In this document: positions 38,286-51,667 of the stretch, piece by piece
Layout of the letters: each line of letters starts with the position of its first letter
Position numbering within the stretch: position 1 is the first letter of the stretch
Source of the DNA: Phallusia mammillata
Lineage: Eukaryota
DNA length: 64,000 nt
Assembly (NCBI GenBank): GCA_965637545.1
Contig: OZ281495.1
Coordinates: forward strand, 20,150,001-20,214,000
Direction: 5' to 3'
Position numbers and translations under genes: made by a program
The notes under the pieces: model-generated
Databases searched by the model: none
Told to the model about the DNA's origin: nothing
The model's input: the letters and a program-made list of their open reading frames with translations, nothing else

Positions 38286-40638
38286 AGCTCTACCGGTGAA
38301 TTTAGGTAGAGTAAGCAAAGAATAACATAACATGAATATTTTTAACTTTTTAACATAGTACATAAAATAAAATTTACCCATAAAAAAATATTATCAGGGC
38401 TGCCCCTCTAGATATTTTGTAGCAAGATCTAGATAGTTTTGGTTAAACCTAGAATCAAATTTGCGATAGGATAGATAATGGCTATAAAATCTAGAACGTT
38501 TCTTCAACGTTTATAAGGACGATAGGAACAGTACAAGCCTACGAAACATCCACCCAGATAACAACAAAAGCCTCAACATCAAGTGTAACAGAAAAAAAGA
38601 GTGATGATGAGGACGATTGCCCATGTTATATGTTTTCTTCCGGTTGCCAAGTTGGTGAGCTTTGAGTTACATTCATACTTGTAAAGCGCAGTGTTAATGT
38701 CTTGCTTTATGTAGAAAACGTCTCCTATCGTCTCCCTTGTTCTGCATTCGACATGTTCGTTTAAAAAGATCTGCAAAACACTTTATCAGCGTGGACTGCT
38801 TGTCGAAGGCCTTTAGGAAGCGCGTTTTAATTCTCCCCTCGTGTGACGTTCCGCGCTATAACCAGGGAGCATTCACGGGACGTTGCAATATTCCTGAGCT
38901 TCTGGGTAGATACTGCATATATCACGGAACTAGACACCTGTTGTTGTTGTCTTTATCGATTTAGTGAATTGCATTATATATTACATAATATTAAAACTTA
39001 AAATCGTATTGTGAGGTATAACGTTATTGCTTAAATACAAATTAAGTGAACTGATAAACGAACTGATAAATAAACAATAATAATATATTTGTCAATAAAT
39101 ATATACTGGTAATTGGTGTCTGACTAAAGATCAGGACATTTCCGCTGACCGGAAGAAACGCAACGACAGAGCCGGGACGTTTGACAAGCCTTTCTAGATA
39201 TACGGCTGTACGCAACGAATCAATGTACCCTTTGCCCATACACATTCGTGCAAAATATAAAAACACGATGAACGTGACGTATAGCAAAGATGAGACTCTG
39301 GCTTATATTTGAAAAGTCTCAAAAACATATAAGCTCGAGCACGGTCCGAACCCACAAAGCGTGCCGGACCCACTTTAGCGTTGAGGTAAAGGTAAACTAT
39401 ATAGACGTAGTAAGTGACCTTAAGGCGGCATCCCATTTGTAGTTTATGGCGTAGCGTGACGAAATCGGTGTTCAATGTGGGATGAAAAACCCTGGAATCC
39501 ATATTCTTTCGTTTGGTTAACAGAAAAAGGTTTGCCGTTACATGGTGGCATCCGAACGAAACAAAATCGTATGAAAACATCCGTTTGAAGCATCTAGTTG
39601 TCGAGTGGCGTCAGACAGTGCACAGTGTAACATGTAACGAAATAATAAAAAATCAGCCAGAGGCTTGTGTAGTCGGCAACCAGTGTCGACAAATTACACA
39701 GTTCTTTGTTTGGATTAGGCATTATGAGGCAAAAGTATTTCATGTGTGCAATAAATCCAAGTTTTATCTTCAAGTTGAAGGTGATGTGAGGGTATTTTCG
39801 CATGTATGAAACGCTTCGGAATGTTGTTTAAAAGTTTTCATAATGATATTTTTACCTTGCGATTGCCGTGATTAGCTTGGTCGGTTGTGTTTTTCCAGAG
39901 TAAGGGTAATGAAATCTGTCAGCGAATGCTCCAAACTCAGAAAGATTATTGGAACCAATTATAGTGCAGTTACACTTGTACCTCTAATGGCTTGAACAAA
40001 GTAATAAAATTTGTTGTGATAATTTTCCTCGTTGTTTGTCTTGGAGTCTTGACTAAGCTTGCTTGTACCTTTGTACTTTTTAACTGTTGTCAACTAGACT
40101 ACTAGAGTACTATAGACAAGCCTTTGTAAGTGCAAGCGTGCTTAATTTTATCGTTTCGTAGTGGTGTTTGTCAATTGATTTCTTTCAAACAATATTGATT
40201 ACATTCAAATTAAGTGCACTAATAAATGAAACATAATCATTAATAATATAAGTGTGCGTCAATAAGATGTACTGGGCATAGTGGCTGACGAAAAAACGGG
40301 ACATTTCCGCTAAACGGAAGGGACGTCCCGTAACTGTTTTCAACTAGACAGGCCTCGTTTCATCTTTTCGTAATGGTGTTCTCAATTGATTTCTTTCAAA
40401 AGCCATGTGTTCACCCGTTTGCACCTTTTTTACTATTTACAAAAAATGTGAACCACACTTCTTTGTAACATGCTTTATTGACTTTTTCCTTCCATTTGTG
40501 CAAAAATCGAAAGGAAATAGATCAAAATTTGTATTTTTTTAAAGCGGCAGCCGTCGCAAGAGTCTAAGTTGAAAACAGCAAACCTTACCCTACCTGCAGA
40601 TAAGCGACAATACTATTTCAAAAAGAGCCAGCTACAGC

Positions 40639-41161
40639 CAGGGAGTCGAACCGGAACTGAACCCGCGAACCGGTTTGAGCGGTTAATTTCAGTAAACCCG
40701 AACCGAACCCGAACCGCTATTTACGATTTTCTAAAAACCCGAACCGGAGTTGAACCCTATATTTTGTTTGGCGTTGGACCCGAACCGGAACCGAACCAGT
40801 AAAAAAATGCAGTCTGTTTTATATTTTATGATTTTTTGTTCAAAACAGCGCACTGAAGAATACGCGAGATAACACATAGCCTATAGGGCGTGTCAAAAAT
40901 AACAGCATACGGGCAAAATTATTTTGGCGTTTGATAAGGCCAGGTAGATGATTGGTAGAATTAAATTGAAACGAATAAAAATTTGAACCGGTTTAAAAAC
41001 CGCAAACCGGTTCGGACCGGATAATTTGCCCAAACCGGAACAAAACCCGAACCCGAAAATGCACATTTTTAAAAACCGGACCTGAACCCGAACCATTAAA
41101 AACAAAACCAAGTGAACCCGAACCGAACCTGAACCCATATGACAAGCGGTTCGACTCCCTG
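40639..41161. mobile_element. hAT-type MITE with subterminal aaccgaacccgaacc repeats
   Basis: TIR cagggagtcgaaccg...cggttcgactccctg; exact TSD gctacagc. Confidence 0.9.
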
Positions 41162-41393
41162 GCTACAGCATAACTAATCAAAAAGTGAAAATACCCCTAT
41201 TTTCGCCCAAACAATGTTCGTTACCGTCTTGGTAATGTATTTTTATTATTATAATAAACACCTGAAGGACTAGAAAGCATAAAATACATGATCACAATCA
41301 TGATCGAAGGCAAGGAATGCTACATGTCTGTTTGATAGCAGTGTGTCTCAACTTTCAACCTAATCATTCGCATCAGGCGGAATGGGACAGAAA

Positions 41394-41500
41394 CTTGGCC
41401 GAATAGTCCAAGGCGCCTGGCCCATAATTAGGCAAAAAACTTTTTACGGGATTCGTTCTCGGGAACGCCCTGGGTCGAACCCCGTAAAAAAAGAAAAAAA
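41394..41500 (+). mobile_element. tRNA(Leu)-like SINE copy
   Basis: Homologous to 22511-22625: ttggccgaatagtccaaggcgcc...cgggattcg...gggtcgaaccccg followed by an A-rich tail. Confidence 0.7.
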
Positions 41501-41925
41501 GTTTGCGGAATGGTCTGGCGCGTGCTACTCGTATGTGAAGTGATGGGGTACTAGATTCTAAACCTGTGAACAGAAACACTCACTTTGAGTTCGAAACTTC
41601 GAGCCCATAAAAACGGCAAAGTAAGCGTAACATTTGATTCCCTAAATCAAAAGTTAGCTGGAAAGCTTATTTTCTTCTGTTGTCAAACATTTGTCTATTT
41701 TCTGCCCATGTTAAATGAGAAGTGTTGAATATCTAACGAGAAATCATGGACATATTTTCCGATTAAGTTTAATAAACTTGGCATGTTGTTTTATTTTACC
41801 AGTTTCTCTTTTGAGCCCCACTTACGCAAAATAAAAATCATAAAGTCATCGATTTTTTTGCAAAGAATATGTGAACGAGCCTCTCTAGTGCCATTAAAGC
41901 TTAAATGACTTTTGCAGAAAGTGTC

Positions 41926-42325
41926 CAGGGGTCACCAACCTTTTTGGGTGATCCGGATAATCAAAAATGTTACGCGAGGCCCAATGCAACAGTTCAAAAA
42001 CTGTTGTTAACGAAGACAATGGTACTATTGTGGCGAGTATTATAACGTTCTCTCTACTGAGCAATACTCATTTATTCCTTCACAATTAACAAAACGTTGT
42101 TTGTGCAAATAATATTAATACTTTTAATCTTGTTTGTTATGTGACAAACTGCCTCCGTATTATAGTGTTATGCGTTTTGCGAAACTGGGTGAAATTAATC
42201 TCACGTGTTGTAGCGGAAATACTTTTGCAAGAAGTATATTAACTTTTAACGTTCACTCAACTTTCTATTTTTTGTGTAGATTTAGACCAATTACCTTCGG
42301 AGCCGAATAAAATTACGTCGCCATG
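41926..42325. mobile_element. Degenerate hAT-type MITE (caggggtcaccaa family)
   Basis: Left end shared with the copies at 45784 and 51668; right end not resolved. Confidence 0.5.
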
Positions 42326-45300
42326 TAGTTAGGTGCATCCGTTAAGTCATTAATGAGGCTTATGCCCAATTGAAGGTTACATACTGTTTCAGACAACTAG
42401 AAATCTGCTAAATCAGTGGTACACCCAGATGCAGTAACGTTTTGCGAAGCGAACATTTATAAAATGTTGACGGTTAAAAATATTCGCAACAATAAAATTA
42501 ATAAATCTGTCCAAGGTTGTAGAATGTTTAAAAAACTTGTTTATTTGACGCTCGGTGCGTATCAATGGGAGCTTGAACTTATTTCTTTAGCCGTTTACTA
42601 TGACATGTCTTGCACAGTACATCTTGGGTGTGTCATAAATCCAACACACAAAACGGTCAAGAACGCCGATGTTTCTATTTGAGAGGAGCACGCATTTCAC
42701 GACAGTAGTATTGCAATTCTTTCAGGTTTGGACATAGACATAAAGTGCCAAAGTGGAGTAGGCAAACAGCAAAATTACGTAAAGCAAGGCGTCGATTTAA
42801 CATTGTGTGAAAACAAATTATGAAAAACGGAAAGCTAATCCAACAACTAATACATGAAAAATTGTAGTTCGGTAGAAACAGGATAAGCAAAACTAAGTTA
42901 GTTGTAACATTACTGCTGGGACCAGTCAGCTATATCACATTAGGGGCGGCATAAATATCTCGGCTATAGTGGTAAAATACGTTGTTCATTGGACAGCCCC
43001 GAAGCTTAAAAATGCGACCAAGAAGAGATTGCAGTGTTCCAGTTTCAAATGGGTATTGATAACAAGAAAAATAGCAAACTATACTGTTACAAAAATTGAT
43101 TGCATTGCGGAAAAGTTTGTGTATTTTTAATATTCACTAGGTCAATCATGGCGTTACTAACATGGAGTGTGAACAGTAATGTTTTTTTTCATATACTTTT
43201 GAGACGTTTTCTATCAATTATAGACAGATCTTGGAAATAAGTTCTGTATGGCGCCTCTGGTTAATACCAGGAATCTTATGTCACTAAAATTAAACCATAA
43301 AAACGGGGGAATTTGGCTAAAAGCTAATTCGGGCAATACACGATAAATGGTGTACATATAGGTCGCGTTGAGTTTTTTCTGGGTCGAATTATGTAACGAC
43401 TTCCAGGATTTTTTCGCTTCCGTCTGAGAACTATTTCTGCTGCATAAATGTCTGAACACGGTACTGTCTCAGGTGCTTCTGTTCTTGCGAGAATACCGGA
43501 TGCTCCACGACAATTTTCGTGATGGTCGCTGCTATTTGTTGATACTTGGGCATAACAAAGTGACTCGATTTAACACGACGCTTGTGACAAATAAATACAA
43601 CGCTTGCTGTGTCTTCCCGGAAATCGAATTAATCGTGAAATGCGGGACGTTTTATAAAAGCAACGTGTTCCGACAAATACTGACCCAGGTTTGCACCCAT
43701 TTAAAATAGCTATTTAAAATACCACGAATAATTTAGTTGTTCGCCTTAATTGTTCGGATAAAATTTCCAAAGAAAGATTTTTCGAGAAGTTATTTTAAGG
43801 CTAAGCTGCAGACTGACTTGATGCTTTTACATATTTTAAGGTTGTTTGGAAAAAAAGCGGAAGCGCAACTAGTATAAAAGACCAAATCATTTTAGTTACA
43901 CCAACATTCAAACGGCGTTGAGGTCACTATCGCTTTAAAAGACTATAGGGGACTAACTCAAACTTGGACAGCTCGTTTTTTATTCGTTTTTTCAAATAAG
44001 GTTAGAATAAAAAAATTCAGTTTTTACAAAATATAGTTTAGAATTGGAATTACAACTTTCTCAAAAACTAGAAATTAAACTAGAAATGTAGATTTAAACC
44101 AACCAACTGTGTTACATTTCAAAGTTGAACTTAAAGATTTGCACCTTTTACACTGTGTTATTCGCTGACATGGATAAACTGTGTTCAAATGGGGCTAATA
44201 TGGCGGTCATGTCAACTGGTTCTTAAACAGCATTATTTCGAAAACGGTCTGTTATTTTAACCTGAGAATTTCGCGAGGCGCGATTTTTGTAACCACGTCA
44301 GTTTTCGCATCCCTGTATTTGCTGTTATCTTTCGAGAACATGCAAGATAATTGAGCTTAATTCCCAGTTAGACAACTAGTTTTTGAAGAAGCTAGGCAAT
44401 GCTGGGAGCAGACATTTTTTTGGTTTTGGCCTTGTGACGTAGCTTGCATGTTTCACACGCTAAAAAATGCCGTCGGACAAACAAGCGTTTTGGGGAAACT
44501 GGTAAATTAGATTAGAATTAGAGCTTAAACTTAATTTTTCTAAGTTAAAGTGGAAATAGAATTGCCGTCATTTTTCTCTTATTTGCCGAATTAGACAACT
44601 AGAATTTGGTTGTTTAAGTCTGGAACTTACCAGGTCAGTTTCACCAGCATATAAGGATTCGCGATTGGTGAAATCGAGCAGCTTAGACTTACAAAAATGC
44701 GAAAAAAGTGGAAACTATATGGAGACAGGGTTGCCAATTTGGCGGTTTTGCCGCCAAATACCTCAAAATTGGCGTTTTTTTTAATGTAGTTGGCACCAAA
44801 AATAGCAACTGGCGGTTTGGCGGATATTTTTGTAAAATTTGGCGGTTTATGGTAATGGTTGGCACCTAATTGTTTTATTTGGCGTTTTTGCTTTTTTGCA
44901 AAGGTTTGCGCTTCTAAAACAACAAATTACTGCTTAAATCCGCTAGCTGCTTAAATCCGTGAATTCCCGTATACGTCACACAAGCCCTTTTTGACAAATC
45001 AATGCAACAATTAAGAAAAAAAAATATTAACTGTGGGCTAAAGGAGTTTGTTGGACATCATAAAGTTTGTGTTCCAGAGAACATGTCAGCGCCGGCAAGT
45101 AGCATCGAGTTTATTTAGTTTAAAAAGTTCAACAATGTCATGCAAAAAGTGGAAACCATCGTACGACAGCGAGCGAAAGTATAACAGAAAGTAGGAGGAC
45201 ACTTTTAAGTGGTTGAAGAAGGCTGTTGACTGTTCGGAAAACGGATATTGCACAGTTTGCCATCGTACTATTGGGCCACGGTTAAGTAAGTTCAAAAAGC

Positions 45301-45391
45301 ACGAACAGACAGAAAACCACCGGGAAAAAAATACCATTTAAAGGACAGGCTACACTTAACCTGACAAAAAATCCTAATTCAAATATTAACG

Positions 45392-45688
45392 GTTAAGATG
45401 AACATAAATTCATAACTGGGATCAGCCCTGAAGCGTCTATGCAGACCAGCGATCACGGCAGACTCATATATGAGTACTGGTCAATCTGGCGATCCCCTAC
45501 TACGAAGCTGATTTCCACTGAGCCTGTGTAGCTCAGTTGGTAAAGCGCGAGTCCCGGAAAGACTCCTGTCGTGGGTTCGAATCCCACCGCAGGCTAGATT
45601 TTTCTAGCCTCCGCCTTGCCATATGGTGGTGAATGCTTGGTGACCGACTGATTCGGTATAGCGCCTTCAATGGGCCTGGCGTACTGTG
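45392..45688. mobile_element. 297-bp SINE-like insertion with an internal tRNA-like module
   Basis: Exact 15-bp TSD attcaaatattaacg (45377-45391, 45689-45703); interrupts the hAT transposase remnant. Confidence 0.85.
45522..45595 (+). ncRNA. tRNA-like cloverleaf (anticodon position GGA) with a T5 Pol III terminator; probably not a translating tRNA
   Basis: Acceptor GCCTGTG/CGCAGGC, D arm GCTCAGTTGGTAAAGC, stem GAGTC/GACTC with loop CCGGAAA, T arm GTGGG-TTCGAAT-CCCAC, then agattttt. Confidence 0.65.
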
Positions 45689-45783
45689 ATTCAAATATTA
45701 ACGACAAGGTTAAAGCAGCCGAATTGCAACTAGCCGTAAGCATGACTTGTCATTGTGCCATGCGTTCAGTCGATTACCTAGGG

Positions 45784-46283
45784 CAGGGGTCACCAAACTT
45801 TTTTTTACTGCGGGCCGGATAAGTTTAATAATGATTCGCGCGGGCCGCACAGTTTTCATACCCTAGCGCCGTCTTTCCAAACTTAGCCCGCGAGGCGATT
45901 TTTATAGGGGCGCCAAGATATGGTCTTTCTACCAACCCATTTAAAGTCTAGTGATGCGACTTTTAAACTGTATAGTTAGACTTATACTTAGGACAATGCT
46001 TGTATCTTTCGTCAAAAGTAACCAAAAAAGGCGATTGTTTGCGCACAATTAACACTTGTTTGTGACGTAACAAACTGGTTTTGGTTCAATCCATGGCGTT
46101 GTAATCCTATGTCACCACGTAACATAAAATCTACATATCGCGACAGGAAAAGTTTCGTAAGGAGTAGATTAATTTTTAAATGCTACAAAATTATCAATAT
46201 GATTTGGCAAACCAAAAAATGTGGTCACGGGCCGGATAAAATGACCTCGCGGGCCGGATAAAATGACCTCGCGGGCCGGAAGT
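45784..46283. mobile_element. hAT-type MITE nested in the defective hAT element; right end lost
   Basis: Left TIR caggggtcaccaaac; tandem gggccggataaaatgacctcgc repeats at about 46229-46280. Confidence 0.6.
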
Positions 46284-46313
46284 AAAATGCTTAATTGTGA
46301 GTAAATAAAATCC

Positions 46314-47015
46314 TTTCTGCATCGCGTTTCCACCAAAAGAGCGCAAAATACCATATCATACGCCAGTTCCAAAATGTGGGACACTCTGCCAAACGCCATA
46401 AAACATCATGTCAGCTTGTTCACTTTCAAAAAAAAAGTCAAACGCTTTATTGAAGCCAGATATGTCCCACCTTGAACGTTTGGTAAACTGAATTGGTAAT
46501 GACATGCAGCTTCGCCCACGTGCTAAACATAAACATGCCTCGCATTGTTTTTCCACTAATTGATCACACCCCAAATTCCAAATTCAGCAATTAAACGCAT
46601 TTGCCCTCGAGCTTAAATTACTCACATCGTCAGACTCCACAACGATTCGTGCAATTTCTTTCACGCTGTTTGACAGTACTGGTTTCTTTTGTTGCATTGC
46701 GATGTTCCTTTTCTGGTACTCCCTTTGTTGTTTATTGCATTTTGTGTTTTTGGCCTTATTACTTCATATATTTTTCTTTCAATGCCAACATTAGCATCAC
46801 ATAGTCCCTTTATTTCTCTCGTCCCCTTTTCCTTCAATTCTTAAATAAACAGAAACGGGTCAAGTGACTCGATGGCCAATGTTTGGCTCTCACTGGCCCG
46901 GTCGCGCGCATATTACTTTTGTTTATGTTTATGTATTACTATTTTGTTTATGTGTTACTATTTTGTTTATGCAAATGTTTTAATGTCAAGCGTGACAAAT
47001 AAAGTATTGATTGAT
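46314..47015 (+). mobile_element. 5'-truncated non-LTR retrotransposon (CR1/L2-like) 3' end
   Basis: 46314-46475 reads FLHRVSTKRAQNTISYASSKMWDTLPNAIKHHVSLFTFKKKVKRFI...*, typical of an ORF2 C-terminus (W..LP..IK...S...FK..LK); followed by a T-rich UTR, aataaa and an (attg)n tail. Confidence 0.65.
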
Positions 47016-47860
47016 AAGGCGGCATTTTGTGCGCATGCAGGGTTTAGGGCAAAAACGATGTTTTGGGAGTGATTTGTAAAGAATTGTTGGTAAAACTGAT
47101 TTAAAATGTACACCGCCAGGTGGTGCTCTATTTCTGTAAAATTGGTTTAGCGGTATGTTTGGCATCAAACATTTTTGGTTTGGCACTTTTTTGTTGTGTT
47201 TGGCGCTTTTTTGAGAGTTTTTGGCACTATTCTGCGTTTTTTTATCTGGCAGCCCTGTATGGAGATGAAGGTTAAAAAAAAGGTTTTCGACACTTTGCAA
47301 ATAAACTAAATTCTCAAAACAAGCACAAATCAAATTTATACGTAAAGAAAATATGAGTTCCGAATTTTTTTGCCCTTAGAAATCGACACTGTTTAAATTC
47401 AATTACGTCAAACCATCCATGCATGACTGAGCATCATTGTTACTCAAGCGTAACTCTTAATTGTTAAACCGATCATACGCTGTAGTAGATTGAGCTTCGA
47501 GCATTTTTTCCTACGTTTTTCGTAACCCTTTTTTAGGACGAACCGTCTAGGATACTATTACCAATACCCAAAAGGTCGTCAAAACATAAAGTGCAACCAG
47601 CAGCTTATTTAAACAAACATCTGCTTTTAAATACATATACTTTATATCGTAGTTGGCTTGAGTTAAACTGTGTTGGTGCTGCCTTATGCGTTCGTGAACG
47701 TCATCAGCCATCATTTCTCGTCCAAGTAGGTTAACCGTTGTGTTTGTGACATTTACGACATGCACCACATGTGTTCTGTGCGTCTAGACAAGCATTCGTT
47801 TTGTTTAAAGAGGGTTGCAAAATTGATTAACCGACTTTATTGAAGACTGCTGGAATAAGA

Positions 47861-50800
47861 ATGCATCAAGACATGACACAGAAGTGCGAAAAGAAAGATG
47901 TTGCTCGGGTCAGGAAAACATTTATTCATCGGCAAGTTTACTGCCTTGGAGTTTCGACAGCTTGTATGTTTGCGGCCTTTGCCGGGGTCCTGTGTTTGCA
48001 GTCATCTATCAACGTCGCCGAAGAACTGGGAACTACCACATTGGCAGTAGCTTACGGGACAACCGTTGCATGGAACTTACTTGCAACGTCGACAATGCTC
48101 AAGGTTTTAGGTCCAAAAAAGTCTATTCTTGTTGGTGACTTTTTCTATTTGGCATATACTTTGGCAAACATATACCCAAGTAAGCACTGTTTTTTGTTGC
48201 ACACGGGGTCCCAAATCTCTCGCGGATCAAAAGGTTCTTTTTTATGTAATCTTTCCTAGAGCATGAAGCGTTAAGGCTAAGTAAACACAATCCGGTTACA
48301 TGTGCATTGACACTACTGTGAGGGTTAAAGCGAATTCGTCGTACTTTGCCAGCACAAGTGTTTGCATTGAAACGTTTGCTTTTCACAGCACCCGTGACAG
48401 CAGCCTAAAGACAAGCACCAATATTGACTCGACTCTTAAGCGCGCTTTAATTATTATCTATTTCTATTTAGATAGAGTCAAAGGTTTGCAAAGGCCTGTT
48501 TCCAACCTATTCAACAAATATTTTTAATCAAAAAATATAAAATGGCATCTTTGTTTTCGCTCATGAGCTTTAAAATCTAACTACACATTTTTCGAACAAG
48601 ACATAAAACGATTTTGTGTTTGCAGGTTTTGCGGCGCTTGTTCCCGCTTCGATACTGCTAGGGATCGCACAATCTGTCACTTGGTCCAGCTTTCCGCTTT
48701 TCACTGGCCATTTTGGCAAGCAATATGCCATTGTCAAGCGCAGAGAGGGAAAGGCCGATCATAAAAACGCGACAACGGCCGAGGAGGATTACACTTGCCG
48801 ATTTGCTGGACTTTTCTTTTCGATCGAATCGGGATATCTGGTGTGTATCATACAACATATGTCCATTTGAAACAAGTGTTTTCGAGTATTTAATCATGCT
48901 GGACTCGAGTGTCGTGTACAATATATTTTGTCACACGCGATTTCCTTCAGAAAGTGTGGCTGCGTAAATTCAAATTTGAGCAGACATAACTGTGCTGCGG
49001 CAACGATCAGGCATATATTTTGTGGATAATTACTAGGGCGATTATTTTTTGACCTAAAAAACGAAAAATTGTGACTTTAAAAAAGATTTTTGACAACATT
49101 TGGACCTATTAAGAATTCAAGTAGTTAAGTTACGCATTCATGCACGAAAAGTTAAAATATGGCTGTAGGGCGTGTAGGCTAATCTAACTAGAGCGAAAGA
49201 ATGCGCAAAAGTCCAACAGAAGGTCAAAAATCTGAACACAGACCTAGCCTATTCTAAAAAGGGAAATCAGCTAATTAAAAATCACTGCCATAAAAAAAAA
49301 AAAATCAAAAACTGCAGCTAAGACACAACGAAAATTGTTTAATGCATTTATCTAAATAAACGAAAGATACATGAAGTATCCAAAGCAAAACCGAATCAAG
49401 AGGTGCACCTAACCTGCAGCTGCCATAAAATGACTTGGGACCTACCAAGATTTTGCACGTTTTGAGGTGTGTTGAGCATCACGCCATATCAGCCTAATTA
49501 TTTCACTCACTCGATGGTTTATAATTCACATTAAATATAGACAATTGGCCATTTACAACAGTATAAAGTAGGCTACAAGGTGTAAAATGAAAAGTTTGCT
49601 GACAGTGCACCCTCTACAACACCACGACAATGCAGTTTGTAGGCTAAACAATTTTAACTTTGTAAAAATTTTGACTTTTAAAGAATTTTGACAATTTTTG
49701 ACCTATTCTAAAAAATTTGACCAAATTTTGACTTTTTTGACAAAATAATCGCCCTAATTATCACAAATTATAGTTTAACACTAAACTGGCAGAATTTTAT
49801 AAGCGTGGCTTTTGTTAACAGATCTTTGGAAATTTGACCTCTTACGCGATTTTAAGATTTTTTCAGTCGGAACCGAGCAAACTCAGTGGGTAAGTTGCTT
49901 TAAAATTGCATAGGGAAATATTCTATCTGCCAAAAAACATCCCCACTATATATTACTGTAACTCAAATTTGCACTTTATCCCTTAGAAACGATTCCTTAT
50001 CTTACATGTTTGGGACAAATAATACTGCAAATAGCACACAGAAGTTATGTGGCGCATATCAGTGTAGCTTTAAAGAAGATATGACATCAAATGATTCGCA
50101 AAAGTATGAAATTCAAGACTGGGAAACGCGAATTTGGCTTTTTCTTGGATTTGCTTTTATGCAGCTTATCGCAATCGGTATGCATGTATTTCTACTGCAC
50201 GACCCTAGCAGTTACAACTGGGAATTAGCTTTTCATGAGGCAAAAGATTTCGAGAAGGAGTTAACTGTGGACGAGCAATGTAGCAGTATTTCCGTAGACC
50301 TTTCCGATACGAAAATATGCAATCCACCACACGTAAGTTTGTCAAACATATAAGAATACTTAAGTTTTATACTTGTGAAGGTACAACTAACTATTCCTCA
50401 ATGCTATTGGTTATAAATCTATTATATATTAGTCATGCACATTTATTGCGCAACATTGTCAAAAGTCATCTCAATTGTGATGTCACAAAGCCATCATCAT
50501 AAACTTTACGATGAAGTGCCACTTAATGACAGACCATAAGCATAAATATTACAGGGTGAAACAAAAGCAACTTTCAGAACATAAAACAAAACGTTATTTG
50601 CTGTAGTATTTACCATGCGTTGCTCTTTAAGTGTGTTTAAATTTTGGGTTTTAACTGATAGTAGCGTCCTTTGACACAGTTTTTGACACTTATCCGAAAA
50701 TCTTTTTTTACAGCACATCAAGGAATGCGGAAACGGTGTATTGGCAACACTACGACAACTGACCGTCGTTCAGCAATTGTTGGTTGTGCCGTTTAACTTA

Positions 50801-51474
50801 TGTAATGGAATGATCATGGCATTTATTTTCGGAGATATAACGCGGTCATATATATCTTGCCTCACCAGTGTTGTCCAGGTGTTGAAAAGCGAATCATTTC
50901 GACGATAAATTATGGAGTCGTTTTACTAATGGTCTTGTTTTCAGGTTGGTTTAGTCATGTCCGTTTTTGGATTCACTGAAATCATTGCAAGTTTTGTTTT
51001 TAACCGCTTCGTTGCAAAAGTGGGGAGAAACGTTTTTATGGTTTTGGCCTGTCTATTGGACGGAGCCGCCCTTGTATTTTCGTTGCTATGGTATCCCGAC
51101 ACCAATGAAGTATGGGTTCCTTACTTGCTGGTTGCTTTTTTCGGAATTTCTGATGGACTGCGTCAATGCTTGGTCATTGGTGTGTATTTTTGTGTACGGA
51201 TAAGTTATTACGACTATTTCTGAAGTAAACTTATTGTGTACTTGCAGTAACATACGTGCAATACTTTCGAGACAATGGTGCCGAAGCTGCATACAGCTGC
51301 ATGAGTTTATTCACTGGAGTAGGATCTGCACTGATGTACATCTTCAGTCAATTTATGTGCGTAAATGTAAAGATTATCACACTTCTTGTAGTGTTACTTG
51401 TTGGCTGTAGTTGTTACCTTGCTGCTGAATTGCGACACAGACGCAACAAGTCCAGATCATTGATACAATATTAA
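47861..51474 (+). CDS. UNC-93-like MFS membrane protein (UNC93A-like)
   Basis: MFAAFAGVLCLQSSIN..EELG...LGPKKSI...YTLANIYP/...LVPASILLGIA...FAGLFF.../IFGNLTS...CGAYQC...FGDITRSYISC...EAAYS; about 7 coding exons. Confidence 0.85.
49034..49756. mobile_element. MITE (intronic)
   Basis: TIR tagggcgattatttt...aaaataatcgcccta; subterminal tttgac repeats; TSD degenerate (ataattac/attatcac). Confidence 0.8.
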
Positions 51475-51667
51475 AGAAACCTTTGAATCGGAAACTTTAA
51501 CTAATACATAAAAATCATACCAATGAAGCAAAAAATTAGGACGAAATTGAACTTTTTTACAATTATAACTTTATTTTGCTAAACCGTTTGCTTTGAAATA
51601 AAGTGAAATGCTTGCGGTGATGTTTTTTATTTTAGCGTTTTCAAAGATGGGGTTAATGAGAAAAGAC

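Larger units (their letters stand above)
44726..47257 (+). mobile_element. Defective hAT DNA transposon with transposase remnant and nested insertions
   Basis: TIR cagggttgcca...tggcagccctg; exact 8-bp TSD tatggaga; subterminal ttggc repeats; remnant Zn-finger (FKWL...YCTVC...KKHEQTENH, with an in-frame stop upstream) and KVKAAELQLAVSMTCHCAMRSVD. Confidence 0.85.

Noticed and set aside
40639-41161. Repeated aaccgaacccgaacc motifs resembling a CRISPR-like or satellite array
   Set aside because: Irregular spacing, and enclosed by TIRs and an 8-bp TSD: these are subterminal repeats of a MITE
45522-45595. Functional tRNA-Ser(GGA) gene
   Set aside because: C at position 33, no long variable arm, an extra base before the anticodon stem, and it lies inside a TSD-flanked insertion
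45392-45688. Hammerhead ribozyme / retrozyme
   Set aside because: I could not find a CTGANGA...GAAA core with supporting stems on either strand by eye
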